From NCBI GenBank assembly GCA_038040365.1, contig JBBPIL010000007.1:7550-71549 (forward strand): a stretch of 64,000 nt of DNA, written 5' to 3'. Every line of letters begins with the position of its first letter. Position 1 is the stretch's first letter. Below are positions 1 through 8,379 of the stretch, one piece after another. Both the position numbers and the translations under genes were made by a program. The stretch comes from Actinomycetota bacterium (GTDB lineage Bacteria; Actinomycetota; Thermoleophilia; Solirubrobacterales; 70-9). Under the pieces are notes generated by a model. The model ran no database searches, had not been told where the DNA came from, and worked only from the letters and a program-made list of their open reading frames with translations.

Positions 1-41
1 ATTCGGGGCGACGATCCTGACGATTTCCGGGTGGCCCGTAT

Positions 42-2114
42 CTACTTGCCGCTCACGGCTTCGAGCACGGCCTTCCGAGCGTCGGCCGGCTCGAGCACGA
101 CCAAGTCGCCGACGCCCTTGAGGATCTCCCGCACGAGCCAGTCGGCGGAGCCGTAGGGCAGCTCGACCACCACGGCCTCGTCGGCGAGCTCCTCGACCAC
201 GGTGCGCTCCTCGCGCAGCCAGCGCGCCCGCTCCGGCGAGACCCAGACGCGGGCCACCCCGGCGCTTCCGACCTCGCCGTGGACGAGCCACTCCTGCTCC
301 GCGAGGCGCTCATCCGTGCCCTGGCGCGACTCGAAGGAGCGCCTGGTGAGCCGCGCCTCCTTCATCCGGTCGAGGCGGAAGTGCCGCGTGTCGGACTTGC
401 CGAGGTCGTAGCAGCCGAGGTACCAGCCCTCCGGGCCGCTGACCAGTTGGTACGGCTCGACCTCGCGCGTGACGAACTCGTCCTCGTTCTCCTTGTAGTA
501 GTGGAGCTCCAGGACCCGGCGCCGCTCGATCGCGTCGTTGACGGTGCGCACGACCTCGGAGTCGTCGCGACCGGGGGCGATCTCGAGGCCCTCCTGCGAG
601 GGGTCGTGGCCGAGCGCTTCGACGATCTTCTGACGCGCGGTGGACAGGCCGGCCTGCGGCAGGTGATCGCCGAACAGGTCGATCGCGGCGACCAGTGCCT
701 TCGCCTCCAGCGGCAGCAGGCGGGCGGGGCGGGCGAAGTTGTCGCCGTAGGTGTCGGCGTCGACCTCGATCTCGTCTCCGTCGATCTCGGCGTAGAGCAC
801 GTAGGTGCCGCCGCCGAAGTTGACGACGTTGAGGACGTCGATGTCCTCGCGCAGCTCACCCAGGCTGACGTTCAGCTCGTCTAGAACCGAGTCCACGGAC
901 AGCCGCGCCTGCCGGCGAGCGGCGCCGATCAGCAGGCCGGCAAGCGTCACCAGCCGGGCGAATCGCTCCGGACGGATCACCGACTCCGAGCGCCCATTCG
1001 CCGAGCGTGGCCTGCCGTTGGCCTGGGCCATCGGCCGCGGTCTCCCGGCCACGGGCCGGGAGACCATCTTCGCGAGCGTGAACTTGCCGCTGTGCCGCTT
1101 CCGAAGCAGCTCCAGCCTCTCGGTTGCCTCCCGGGCCAGGTCCTCAGGCTCGAGCAGCTTCGCGTTCTCCCGCCAGCCGAGCACCCAGGAGATCAGCTGA
1201 CGGGATGAGGCATACTCGGTCTCGTAGATCGCGCCTCGGCCGCGTACGCCATCCTGCTTCGTCGCCTTGCTCAGCTTGCCGTAGCCGCCGAAGTCGCGCT
1301 CCACGAGCCAGGCGATCCGCTCGCGCAGGAACACCCGCCCGGTGCCGTCGATCTCGCCCATCTGCCAGTCGGCGCGCGACGCGTAGTCCCGCCGATCGAA
1401 GTCCTGGGGCGGGGCGAAGTCGTGCTCCGCCTTGGTCGCGTAGGAGACCTTGGCACGGATCCGCGAGAGGCGGAAAACCCGCACCTGATCGCGCTCGTGC
1501 GAATGGCCGATCAAGTAGAACTGGCCGTTGCGAAAGACGAGGTGGTAGGGGTCCACCTTGCGATCGGATACCTCGTCGCGCTGCAGCGAGTAGTAGCTGA
1601 ACTCGATCGTCTTGCGCCGAGAGATCGCGGTTTCGATCTTCGCCAGGCGCTGCGAGAGCTCGCGGCCCCCTCCCGACGGGGCGAGCTTGACGTCTATGGA
1701 GGTCGAGTCGCTCTCCTCGAGGGGGCTGGGACGCCCCCAGGAGACCTGCTGGAGGGCCAGGCGCAGCGGCTCGGCATAGGCGAACTCGCCATCGAGCAGT
1801 ACGAGCGCCGTGCGCAGGGCCGCCAACTCGCCGTCGGTGAACTCGACTGGCGGCAGGTAGTAGTTCTCGGGTGGCAGCGCGTAGAGCTCCGCCTCGAAAA
1901 AGCCCTCGGCCGGCTTCTCGACCTGGAGCGAGATGCCGAGGCTGTCGAGCTCGGCGCGATCCGCGTAGAAGCGGCGCGCGAAGGCATCGTCGTTCATGGA
2001 GCTGTAGCCCTCCACCTCGCGTTTGATCTCGAGTGCCGAAACGGGCCGCCCGTTGGCCATCAGGAACGAGATCAGGGAGAGTTGGCGGATCAGCTTCTCG
2101 GTGTCCTTGGCCAC
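42..2114 (-). CDS. WYL-domain transcriptional regulator, fused two-module PafB/PafC-like (HTH-WYL x2)
   Basis: 690-aa ORF with GTG start. It has an HTH-like LIRQLSLISFLMANGRPVSALEI and a WYL core VDPYHLVFRNGQFYLIGH..VRVFRLSRI. A second HTH-like segment and WYL core VEPYQLVSGPEGWYLGCYD..RHFRLDRM follow. Confidence 0.8.
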   Translation of the reverse strand: MAKDTEKLIRQLSLISFLMANGRPVSALEIKREVEGYSSMNDDAFARRFYADRAELDSLGISLQVEKPAEGFFEAELYALPPENYYLPPVEFTDGELAALRTALVLLDGEFAYAEPLRLALQQVSWGRPSPLEESDSTSIDVKLAPSGGGRELSQRLAKIETAISRRKTIEFSYYSLQRDEVSDRKVDPYHLVFRNGQFYLIGHSHERDQVRVFRLSRIRAKVSYATKAEHDFAPPQDFDRRDYASRADWQMGEIDGTGRVFLRERIAWLVERDFGGYGKLSKATKQDGVRGRGAIYETEYASSRQLISWVLGWRENAKLLEPEDLAREATERLELLRKRHSGKFTLAKMVSRPVAGRPRPMAQANGRPRSANGRSESVIRPERFARLVTLAGLLIGAARRQARLSVDSVLDELNVSLGELREDIDVLNVVNFGGGTYVLYAEIDGDEIEVDADTYGDNFARPARLLPLEAKALVAAIDLFGDHLPQAGLSTARQKIVEALGHDPSQEGLEIAPGRDDSEVVRTVNDAIERRRVLELHYYKENEDEFVTREVEPYQLVSGPEGWYLGCYDLGKSDTRHFRLDRMKEARLTRRSFESRQGTDERLAEQEWLVHGEVGSAGVARVWVSPERARWLREERTVVEELADEAVVVELPYGSADWLVREILKGVGDLVVLEPADARKAVLEAVSGK

Positions 2115-2121
2115 GACGGGG

Positions 2122-2127
2122 AGAATA
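2122..2127 (-). promoter_or_regulatory. candidate -10 hexamer TATTCT, 7 nt upstream of the GTG start (leaderless-type arrangement)
   Basis: The minus strand reads TATTCT-CCCCGTC-GTG and no Shine-Dalgarno sequence is present. This is a pattern match only. Confidence 0.25.
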
Positions 2128-2210
2128 GAGGCGCGCTCCTAGTGGCCACGCAAGCCGCGGACGCGCTTTGTACGCAATTTGCGGGGCTAGTGCCGCACGG
2201 GGCCGCTCGG

Positions 2211-3074
2211 CTAGACGATCACCTGGCGCTTGAGCCGTTCCCGGACGTCCTTGGGGAAGCCGGGGACGTCGTCGAGCTGCTGGATCGACTCGTAGCCACC
2301 AACCCGCTTGCGGTAGGCCAGCAGGCGGTGACTCTGGGTAATCGAGAGGTTCAGCGAGCGCAGCTCGGCGAAGCTCGCCTGGTTGAGATCGAGCCGGCCA
2401 TCCCTTGCGCCCCGGCGCCCGTCGCGCCCGGGCGCGACGGGCCTCGGTGCGGCGCGTCCGGAGGCGACACGCGGGGCGGCGCCTCGGCGGAACGCAGGGC
2501 GGGGCTCGGCACGCCTCGGCGCGCGCCGAGGCGCCGGATCTCGGGACAGTTGCCTGCCGCAGGCCCAGCTCGGCAGCGCGAACTCTGCGGCCTTGAGCTT
2601 GCTCGCCATCCCCGCCGTGATCGAAGCGAAGCGCTCCGACGCCCGAGCCTCCGCTTTTCTTTGGGTGGCGGCGGACAGCCATCTGCGCGAGGCCTTCAGC
2701 TTCAGATCGAAGCCGTCGAGATCCGCTTGGAATCGGAGCAGGAAGGTCGAGCCCCACGGCCTCGCCCAATCGGCGATTCCGTACTCGACGTCCGTGCCAC
2801 CTAGCGAGGGCTTGGCTCCGGGGGTCGGCTGGCTGAGGTAATCGCGCTGGAGGCGGGTCACCATCTTGACCAGGCAAAGGTCCTCGTAGCGCCTGCGCAC
2901 GCGGACTCGGCGCGGCGGCCGGGCAGCGAGCGTCTCGCGGTGCGCTTCGAGGACGAGAAAGGCTCGCCTCCTGGCGACGACCCGAGCGTCCTCGGGCACC
3001 AGGAGTCCCTTGGCATCACCGTGCTTCTCTTGTTGCCCGTCCCTGCGCTTGTTGGGCTGCGCAACGGGGTTCAC
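2211..3074 (-). CDS. hypothetical protein with C-terminal ComEA-like helix-hairpin-helix DNA-binding domain
   Basis: 287-aa ORF. The C-terminus LDLNQASFAELRSLNLSITQSHRLLAYRKRVGGYESIQQLDDVPGFPKDVRERL matches the ComEA HhH pattern. An Arg/Pro-rich linker precedes it and I do not recognise the N-terminal domain. Confidence 0.6.
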   Translation of the reverse strand: MNPVAQPNKRRDGQQEKHGDAKGLLVPEDARVVARRRAFLVLEAHRETLAARPPRRVRVRRRYEDLCLVKMVTRLQRDYLSQPTPGAKPSLGGTDVEYGIADWARPWGSTFLLRFQADLDGFDLKLKASRRWLSAATQRKAEARASERFASITAGMASKLKAAEFALPSWACGRQLSRDPAPRRAPRRAEPRPAFRRGAAPRVASGRAAPRPVAPGRDGRRGARDGRLDLNQASFAELRSLNLSITQSHRLLAYRKRVGGYESIQQLDDVPGFPKDVRERLKRQVIV

Positions 3075-3216
3075 GATCAGCTAAGGCCTCCTCCGATCCA
3101 TCCGCTGGACCGCCAACACGGTCTCAGAAGCCGACTGTGACCAGTCTAGGAACCGGGGTCCCGCAAATCAAGACACAACCCGCAGCCCTCCTGGAGCTGG
3201 GTAGTCAGGCCCGCGA

Positions 3217-4257
3217 CTAGGCTGCCCGGGAGCGGAAGTAGGCGGCCGAGTCGATTCCGCGGTCGAACCGCGACCAGGCCTCGCCGTCGGGCAGCGCGCG
3301 CTCGATCCGATCGAAGCTGCCGAGCTTGCCGCCGAGGTTGTCGATCGCGTGGACGAGGGTGGCCTCGCGGGTGGCGGGGATCACCGGCGAGCCGTTCTCC
3401 AACGTCCCGTGGTGAGAGAGGACGATGTGGAAGATCGCCTGAGCCAGCTCGGGATCGAAGCCGTCGATCCGCTCGATCTCGCGGCGGACCAGGTAGTAGC
3501 CGAGCGGGATCTCGCCCTGGAGGCGGCCGGCGTCGGTGAGGTCGATGCCCAGCGGATCGTCGTTATAGGCCATCGTCTTGCCGATGTCGTGAAGCAACGC
3601 ACCGGTGACCGCGATGTCCCGATCGACTCCGGAGAAGGCGGAGGCGGAGGCGCTCACCGCCTGGGCCACCGACACCGTGTGGTCGAGGAGGCCGTGGCGG
3701 TAGGCCTGGTGGTAGTACTTGGCGGCCGGGGCCTCCTGGAACCTGACCCAGACGGGGGAGCCCCGGTCGAAGAAGCGGTCGAGCAACTCTCGAAGCTGGG
3801 GATTCTGGACCGTCTCAAGCAGTTCGCGCAGATCGGCCTCCAGCCGCTCCACCGGGACGCTCGGGCCATCGGCCAGGTCGGAGCCCTCGAACTCTTCGGG
3901 ACGCGCGGGGCGGATCGTCTCCACGGTGATCTTCCGGCCGTATTGCGGATGAACTCCGAAGCGGCCGTTGATGTGGACCGCGGAGCCCGGGGCGGCGACC
4001 TCGAGCGCCTCCTCGACACCCTCCCAGACCACCGCCTCGACGGTCCCGGAGCGATCGCAGATGACCAGCCGGAGCCATTGTCCGCCGTTGCGCCGCTGGC
4101 GAAGCTCGCGCTCCCGGACCCCGAACACGGCCTCGACGACCTGCCCGTCGGCCAGGTCGCGCACCCAGGCGCGCTCAGCGCTGCCGGTGGGGGCCCCACC
4201 GTTGGTGGAGCCCTCGCTCAGCGCCGGCTGTTGGCTCAATGATGCCTGCTTAGTCAT
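3217..4257 (-). CDS. OB-fold + HD-domain 3'-5' exonuclease, YhaM-like
   Basis: ATG at 4257 (MTKQASL) lies inside a longer shadow ORF. The N-terminus is OB-fold-like (LRLVICDRSGTVEAVVWEG). HD motifs are HQAYRHGLLDHTVSVA and LLHDIGK. Confidence 0.8.
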   Translation of the reverse strand: MTKQASLSQQPALSEGSTNGGAPTGSAERAWVRDLADGQVVEAVFGVRERELRQRRNGGQWLRLVICDRSGTVEAVVWEGVEEALEVAAPGSAVHINGRFGVHPQYGRKITVETIRPARPEEFEGSDLADGPSVPVERLEADLRELLETVQNPQLRELLDRFFDRGSPVWVRFQEAPAAKYYHQAYRHGLLDHTVSVAQAVSASASAFSGVDRDIAVTGALLHDIGKTMAYNDDPLGIDLTDAGRLQGEIPLGYYLVRREIERIDGFDPELAQAIFHIVLSHHGTLENGSPVIPATREATLVHAIDNLGGKLGSFDRIERALPDGEAWSRFDRGIDSAAYFRSRAA

Positions 4258-4266
4258 CGCTCGCTC

Positions 4267-4294
4267 ACAGTAGACAGGGGTGCGGACGGGCCAA
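4267..4294 (-). promoter_or_regulatory. candidate promoter TTGGCC-N16-TACTGT ending 9 nt upstream of the YhaM-like ATG
   Basis: The minus strand reads TTGGCC cgtccgcacccctgtc TACTGT gagcgagcg ATG. This is a pattern match only. Confidence 0.25.
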
Positions 4295-4376
4295 CTCTCC
4301 CCCTGTTGAAGGTCGTCGCGTCGATCCTCGACCTGACGCGAAACGGGTCGCGTCGGCGCTGCGCTGGCTTCCCCTC

Positions 4377-5306
4377 CTAGGCCTGCTTGGGCTCGTTGCG
4401 AGGCTCGATCGCCATCGTGCGCTCCTCCGGAACGCCGCTCTCCAGCTCCCGCGTGCGCTCCAGCTCGGCGTTGAGCTCGGCGCCCAGCAGCACGGCGAGG
4501 TTCGAGATCCACAGCCAGACGAGAAACACGATCACTCCCGCGAGGCTGCCGTAGGTCTTGTTGTAGGAGCCGAAGCTGGCGACGTACAGGGCAAACCCCG
4601 CCGACGCGAGGATCCAGAGCGAGACCCCCACCAGGCTGCCGGGCGTGATCCAGCGGAACCCGGGCTGGCGGACGTTGGGGGCTCCGTAGTAGAGCACGCC
4701 CAGCATCGTGATCACGATCAGGACGATCACCGGCCACTTGGCGAGGTCCCAGACCGTCACTGCCGTACCCCCGAGGCCGAACAGCTCTCCGACCTGCTCG
4801 GCCAGCGGCCCGGTGACCACGACGGCGATCGCGCTCACGGCGACCAGCAGGATCAGCAACAGCGACATCGCCAGCTGCAAGGGCCGAAGCTTCCAGAACG
4901 GCCGGGCCTCCTCGACCTCGTAGATGACGTTGGAGGCGCGCGAGAAGGCGCCCATGTAGCCCGAGGCCGACCACAGGGCGGCTGCGAGGCCGATTATCAG
5001 CGCGACTCCGGCCGTCCCCTGACTCGACCCGATCTCCCTTATGGCCCCGCTCACGATGTCGGTCGCCGGACCCGGGCCCAGCTGATTCAGGTTGTCGAGC
5101 ACGGACTGCGTCGCCGAATCGCCCGCCAGGCCGAGAATCGAGACCAGGACGACCAACGCTGGGAAGATCGACAGCACGGCGTAGTAGGTCAGAGCCGCGG
5201 CCCAATCGGTGAGGTTGTCCTCACGGAACGCGCGCACGGTGCGCTTGAGTACGCCTCCCCACGCCCGCAGGCGTATGTCGGTCGGCTTGCGTGGCGTCTC
5301 CACCAT
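4377..5306 (-). CDS. YihY/BrkB family membrane protein
   Basis: Family-typical N-terminus: RAFREDNLTDWAAALTYYAVLSIFPAL followed by multiple TM helices. I chose ATG at 5306 because the longer ORF would run into tRNA-Phe. Confidence 0.85.
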   Translation of the reverse strand: MVETPRKPTDIRLRAWGGVLKRTVRAFREDNLTDWAAALTYYAVLSIFPALVVLVSILGLAGDSATQSVLDNLNQLGPGPATDIVSGAIREIGSSQGTAGVALIIGLAAALWSASGYMGAFSRASNVIYEVEEARPFWKLRPLQLAMSLLLILLVAVSAIAVVVTGPLAEQVGELFGLGGTAVTVWDLAKWPVIVLIVITMLGVLYYGAPNVRQPGFRWITPGSLVGVSLWILASAGFALYVASFGSYNKTYGSLAGVIVFLVWLWISNLAVLLGAELNAELERTRELESGVPEERTMAIEPRNEPKQA

Positions 5307-5363
5307 GGCCAAGAGATCCGCTTCCCGATCGGTCCGCAGCCAAACCGTGCCGAGTCGGGCGGA

Positions 5364-5436
5364 TGGCGAGGGGCAGAATCGAACTGCCGACACCACGATT
5401 TTCAGTCGTGTGCTCTACCAACTGAGCTACCTCGCC
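5364..5436 (-). tRNA. tRNA-Phe (anticodon GAA)
   Basis: The minus strand reads GGCGAGGTAGCTCAGTTGGTAGAGCACACGACTGAAAATCGTGGTGTCGGCAGTTCGATTCTGCCCCTCGCCA. It folds as a cloverleaf with anticodon loop CTGAAAA. CCA is not encoded. Confidence 0.9.
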
Positions 5437-5552
5437 CGCGCGGCTAAGGCTAGCGACGAAGTCGCGGTAGCCGCGTGTCCGGCCTCCGTCCCGTCAGCGC
5501 CCGAACCCGGCGACTGCGCAGCCGAAGGCGAGCCGTCGCCGGTTGATTCTGG

Positions 5553-6044
5553 CTAGCGAGCGTGGGGCCGCGCTAGGGCGAGCTCCACCGCCTCGGCGGG
5601 GCTATCGGCGCTCTCGATCCCGGGACCACCCTCCATCGTCCCGCCTGCACTCACCTTCCAGCTCGACAGCGCAACCACCCTGCGGCCGAGCTCGCGGGCG
5701 AAGGCGATCTCGGAGAGCGTTCCCCACTCGCCGCCGATCGCGATCACCGCATCGCCGGAGGAGACGACGGCGAGATTCCGCGCCTGGCCGACGCCGGTGG
5801 CGACCACGTGGGTGCAGTACTCATTCGCCTGCTCCGGCGAGCTGCCCGGGACGATGCCGATCACCGTGCCACCGGCGACGGAGGCGCCACGGGCGACGCC
5901 CTCCATCACGCCGGTGAGACCACCACACACCACCACGGCCCCGGCCTCGGCAAGCCGGCGCCCGACCTCCTCGGCCACGGCCGTCAGCTCGTCGTCGGGA
6001 GTCCCCTTCCCGATCACGGCCACCTGACGCCTACGAGCCACCAT
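5553..6044 (-). CDS. TIGR00725/SLOG (LOG-like Rossmann) family protein
   Basis: 163 aa. Motifs VVCGGLTGVMEGV and AIGGEWGTLSEIA (GGxxGTLxE). Its start overlaps the helicase stop by 14 nt. Confidence 0.7.
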   Translation of the reverse strand: MVARRRQVAVIGKGTPDDELTAVAEEVGRRLAEAGAVVVCGGLTGVMEGVARGASVAGGTVIGIVPGSSPEQANEYCTHVVATGVGQARNLAVVSSGDAVIAIGGEWGTLSEIAFARELGRRVVALSSWKVSAGGTMEGGPGIESADSPAEAVELALARPHAR

Positions 6045-8379
6045 CCCCCGTCCCCCGTCCCCCGGAGCTCGTCCTCCTCGTCAGCATCGCCGTCATCAAC
6101 TCCAACGCCCCCTGCTTGTGCAGCGGCTCGTTGAGGTTGCCGCACTTGGGGCTCTGGACGCACGATGGGCAGCCGTCGGCGCAGGGGCACTCGCCGATCA
6201 GCTTCGCGGCGTCGGCGACCAGACGCTCGAACCGCTCGAAGCCTCGCCGCGCGATCCCCACCCCTCCCGGGTAGCCGTCGTAGATGAAGATCGTCGGACG
6301 GCCGGTCTGGAAGTGCACGTTGGTCGACAGGCCACCGATGTCCCAGCGGTCGCACATCGCGAGCAGCGGCAGCACCGCGATCTGGCCGTGCTCGGCGGCG
6401 TGGAGCGCGCCCAGCAGAACCTCGGGGGGAAGCGCCGCAGAGCCGGCGAGCTCCTCCCCGAGCACGTACCACAGCCCCTGGGTGGGGAAGTTGGTCTCCG
6501 GCAGCTCGAGCCCGACCATGTCGATCACCTGATGATCGGAGAGCCGCTTGCGTTGGAAGGCCATCACCTGCTCGGTGACGGAGACCTCTCCGAAGAACAA
6601 CTCAATGCCCGCCCCACCACCGACCGGATCGTCGCTCTTGGCGACGATCCGCTCTATGAACACTTCCGTCTCCTTCTTCGGCTGCGTGTACCAGTCGCCG
6701 TCGAAGCGATCGACCACCGCGCGCCGCCCCTCGATGTCGAGCTCCCGCACCTCGTATGAGCGCCCCAGGTGGAGGTAGACGGCGCCGGGATGGACGGTGG
6801 TGAAAGCGCGCTCGGCCTCGACCGCGCCCAAGAGCTCGCCGGAGCCCCGCTCGACGATCGCCACCGAGTCCGGCGACGCCGAGCGCAGCGAGATGTCGCC
6901 GGCCGGAAAGCGCGGACCACGTGGCAGGTAGCGGCCCTCGCCACCGCGCCGCAGCTCGCCGATCCCAACCAGGGCGTCGGCTCGCTCCCGCCACCGCTCG
7001 CCGAATACCTCGGCGTCCGCATCCGACAGCGGCGCCTCGTAGGCCGCGGCCAGCAGGTGAGCGAGCTGGATCCGCTCGTTCTCGTGATCGAGGATCGCGG
7101 CCTCCACCGGCCGCTCCAGGAACTCCTCCGGATGGCGGCAGAAGAACTGGTCCAGCGCGTCCTCGCCGGCGATATACAGCGCGAGTCCCTCGCTGCGCCT
7201 CCCCGCCCGCCCCCACATCTGCCGCAGGCTCGCGGTCGTGCCGGGGAAGGTGACGCAGATCGCCGCGTCCAGCTCGCCGATATCGATGCCCAGCTCGAGC
7301 GCGTCGGTGGCGACGACCGCTAGCAGCTCGCCGGCGGCCAGCCGAGCCTCGATCTCGCGGCGCTGTTGGGGCGTGTAGCCGGCCCGGTAGGGGGCGATCC
7401 GCTCGGCGAGCTGGGGGCGACCCAGCTCCTCGAGCCTGGTGCGCGCAAACCGCTGGATCAGCTCGATCCCGCGCCGGCTGCGCAAGAAGCAGATCGTCCG
7501 CACCCCCTCGCCGACCAGGTCAGCGAGCAGCTCGGCGGCCTCGGAGAGGACCGAGCGCCGGGTCATCGACCTCGGGTCGATGACCGGCGGGTTCCAGATC
7601 CCGATCCGCCGGCGGGCGCGCGGAGCGCCGTCGGAATCGACCAGGCGGAAGGGCTCGCCGACCAGGCGCTCGGCGAGCTCGACCGGATTGGCGATCGTGG
7701 CCGAGGCGAGGATGAACCGGGGGCTGGCCCCGTAGAGGCGCGCGACCCTGCGCAGCCGGCGCAGGACGTTGGCGACGTGCGACCCGAACACGCCCCGGTA
7801 GGTGTGGGCCTCGTCCACCACCACCCAGCCCAGGCTGGCGAAGAAGTTCCCCCAGTTCTTGTGGTGGGGCAGGATGCCGACGTGAAGCATGTCGGGGTTG
7901 GTGAGGATCAGATTCGAGCGACGCCGGATCTGCGGCCGGTCGTCGCGCGGCGTGTCGCCGTCGTAGATCGCGTGCCGAAGCTGCGGCAGGCCGAGCGCGG
8001 ACAGCTTCCGGGCCTGGTCCTGGGCGAGGGCCTTGGCCGGGTAGAGGTAGAGGGCGCGGTGGCTCTCGTCCCGGGCGATCTGGTCGAGGACGGGGAGGTT
8101 GAAGGACAGCGACTTGCCCGACGCCGTGCCGCTGGTGACGATCGCATTGCCGCCGGCGACCGCCTCGAGGGCCTCGAGCTGGTGTGAGTAGAGCGCCTCG
8201 ATCCCGCTCGCGGGCAGGGCGGCCGCCAGCTCGGGCGCGAGGGCGGTGGGGAGCACAACCGTGTTGGCGGTTCGCGCCGCCTCGACGCTCTCGGCGACCA
8301 GGCGGCCGTCTGCCCGCCCGGGCTCGATCGCACGCTCCCACCCGGTGGCGGCGGCGAGGCTGGCGGCAGGGTTAGCCAT
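6031..8379 (-). CDS. DEAD/DEAH-box helicase with C-terminal DUF1998/MZB domain (SftH/MrfA/YprA-like)
   Basis: Walker A TSGTASGKS and DEAH box VVVDEAHTYRG. C-terminal Cys cluster CPCADGCPSCVQSPKCGN. I chose ATG at 8379 (MANPAAS) because the upstream part of the 899-aa ORF is a shadow of folP. Confidence 0.85.
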   Translation of the reverse strand: MANPAASLAAATGWERAIEPGRADGRLVAESVEAARTANTVVLPTALAPELAAALPASGIEALYSHQLEALEAVAGGNAIVTSGTASGKSLSFNLPVLDQIARDESHRALYLYPAKALAQDQARKLSALGLPQLRHAIYDGDTPRDDRPQIRRRSNLILTNPDMLHVGILPHHKNWGNFFASLGWVVVDEAHTYRGVFGSHVANVLRRLRRVARLYGASPRFILASATIANPVELAERLVGEPFRLVDSDGAPRARRRIGIWNPPVIDPRSMTRRSVLSEAAELLADLVGEGVRTICFLRSRRGIELIQRFARTRLEELGRPQLAERIAPYRAGYTPQQRREIEARLAAGELLAVVATDALELGIDIGELDAAICVTFPGTTASLRQMWGRAGRRSEGLALYIAGEDALDQFFCRHPEEFLERPVEAAILDHENERIQLAHLLAAAYEAPLSDADAEVFGERWRERADALVGIGELRRGGEGRYLPRGPRFPAGDISLRSASPDSVAIVERGSGELLGAVEAERAFTTVHPGAVYLHLGRSYEVRELDIEGRRAVVDRFDGDWYTQPKKETEVFIERIVAKSDDPVGGGAGIELFFGEVSVTEQVMAFQRKRLSDHQVIDMVGLELPETNFPTQGLWYVLGEELAGSAALPPEVLLGALHAAEHGQIAVLPLLAMCDRWDIGGLSTNVHFQTGRPTIFIYDGYPGGVGIARRGFERFERLVADAAKLIGECPCADGCPSCVQSPKCGNLNEPLHKQGALELMTAMLTRRTSSGGRGTGDGGS

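Noticed and set aside
1144-2877. 577-aa minus-strand ORF (and similar ORFs 1422-2804 and 279-884) overlapping the WYL regulator and the HhH gene.
   Set aside because: The translation is Arg/Pro/Ala-rich and low-complexity with no motifs. It occupies an alternative frame of genes that have clear domain signatures, which is typical of shadow ORFs in GC-rich DNA.
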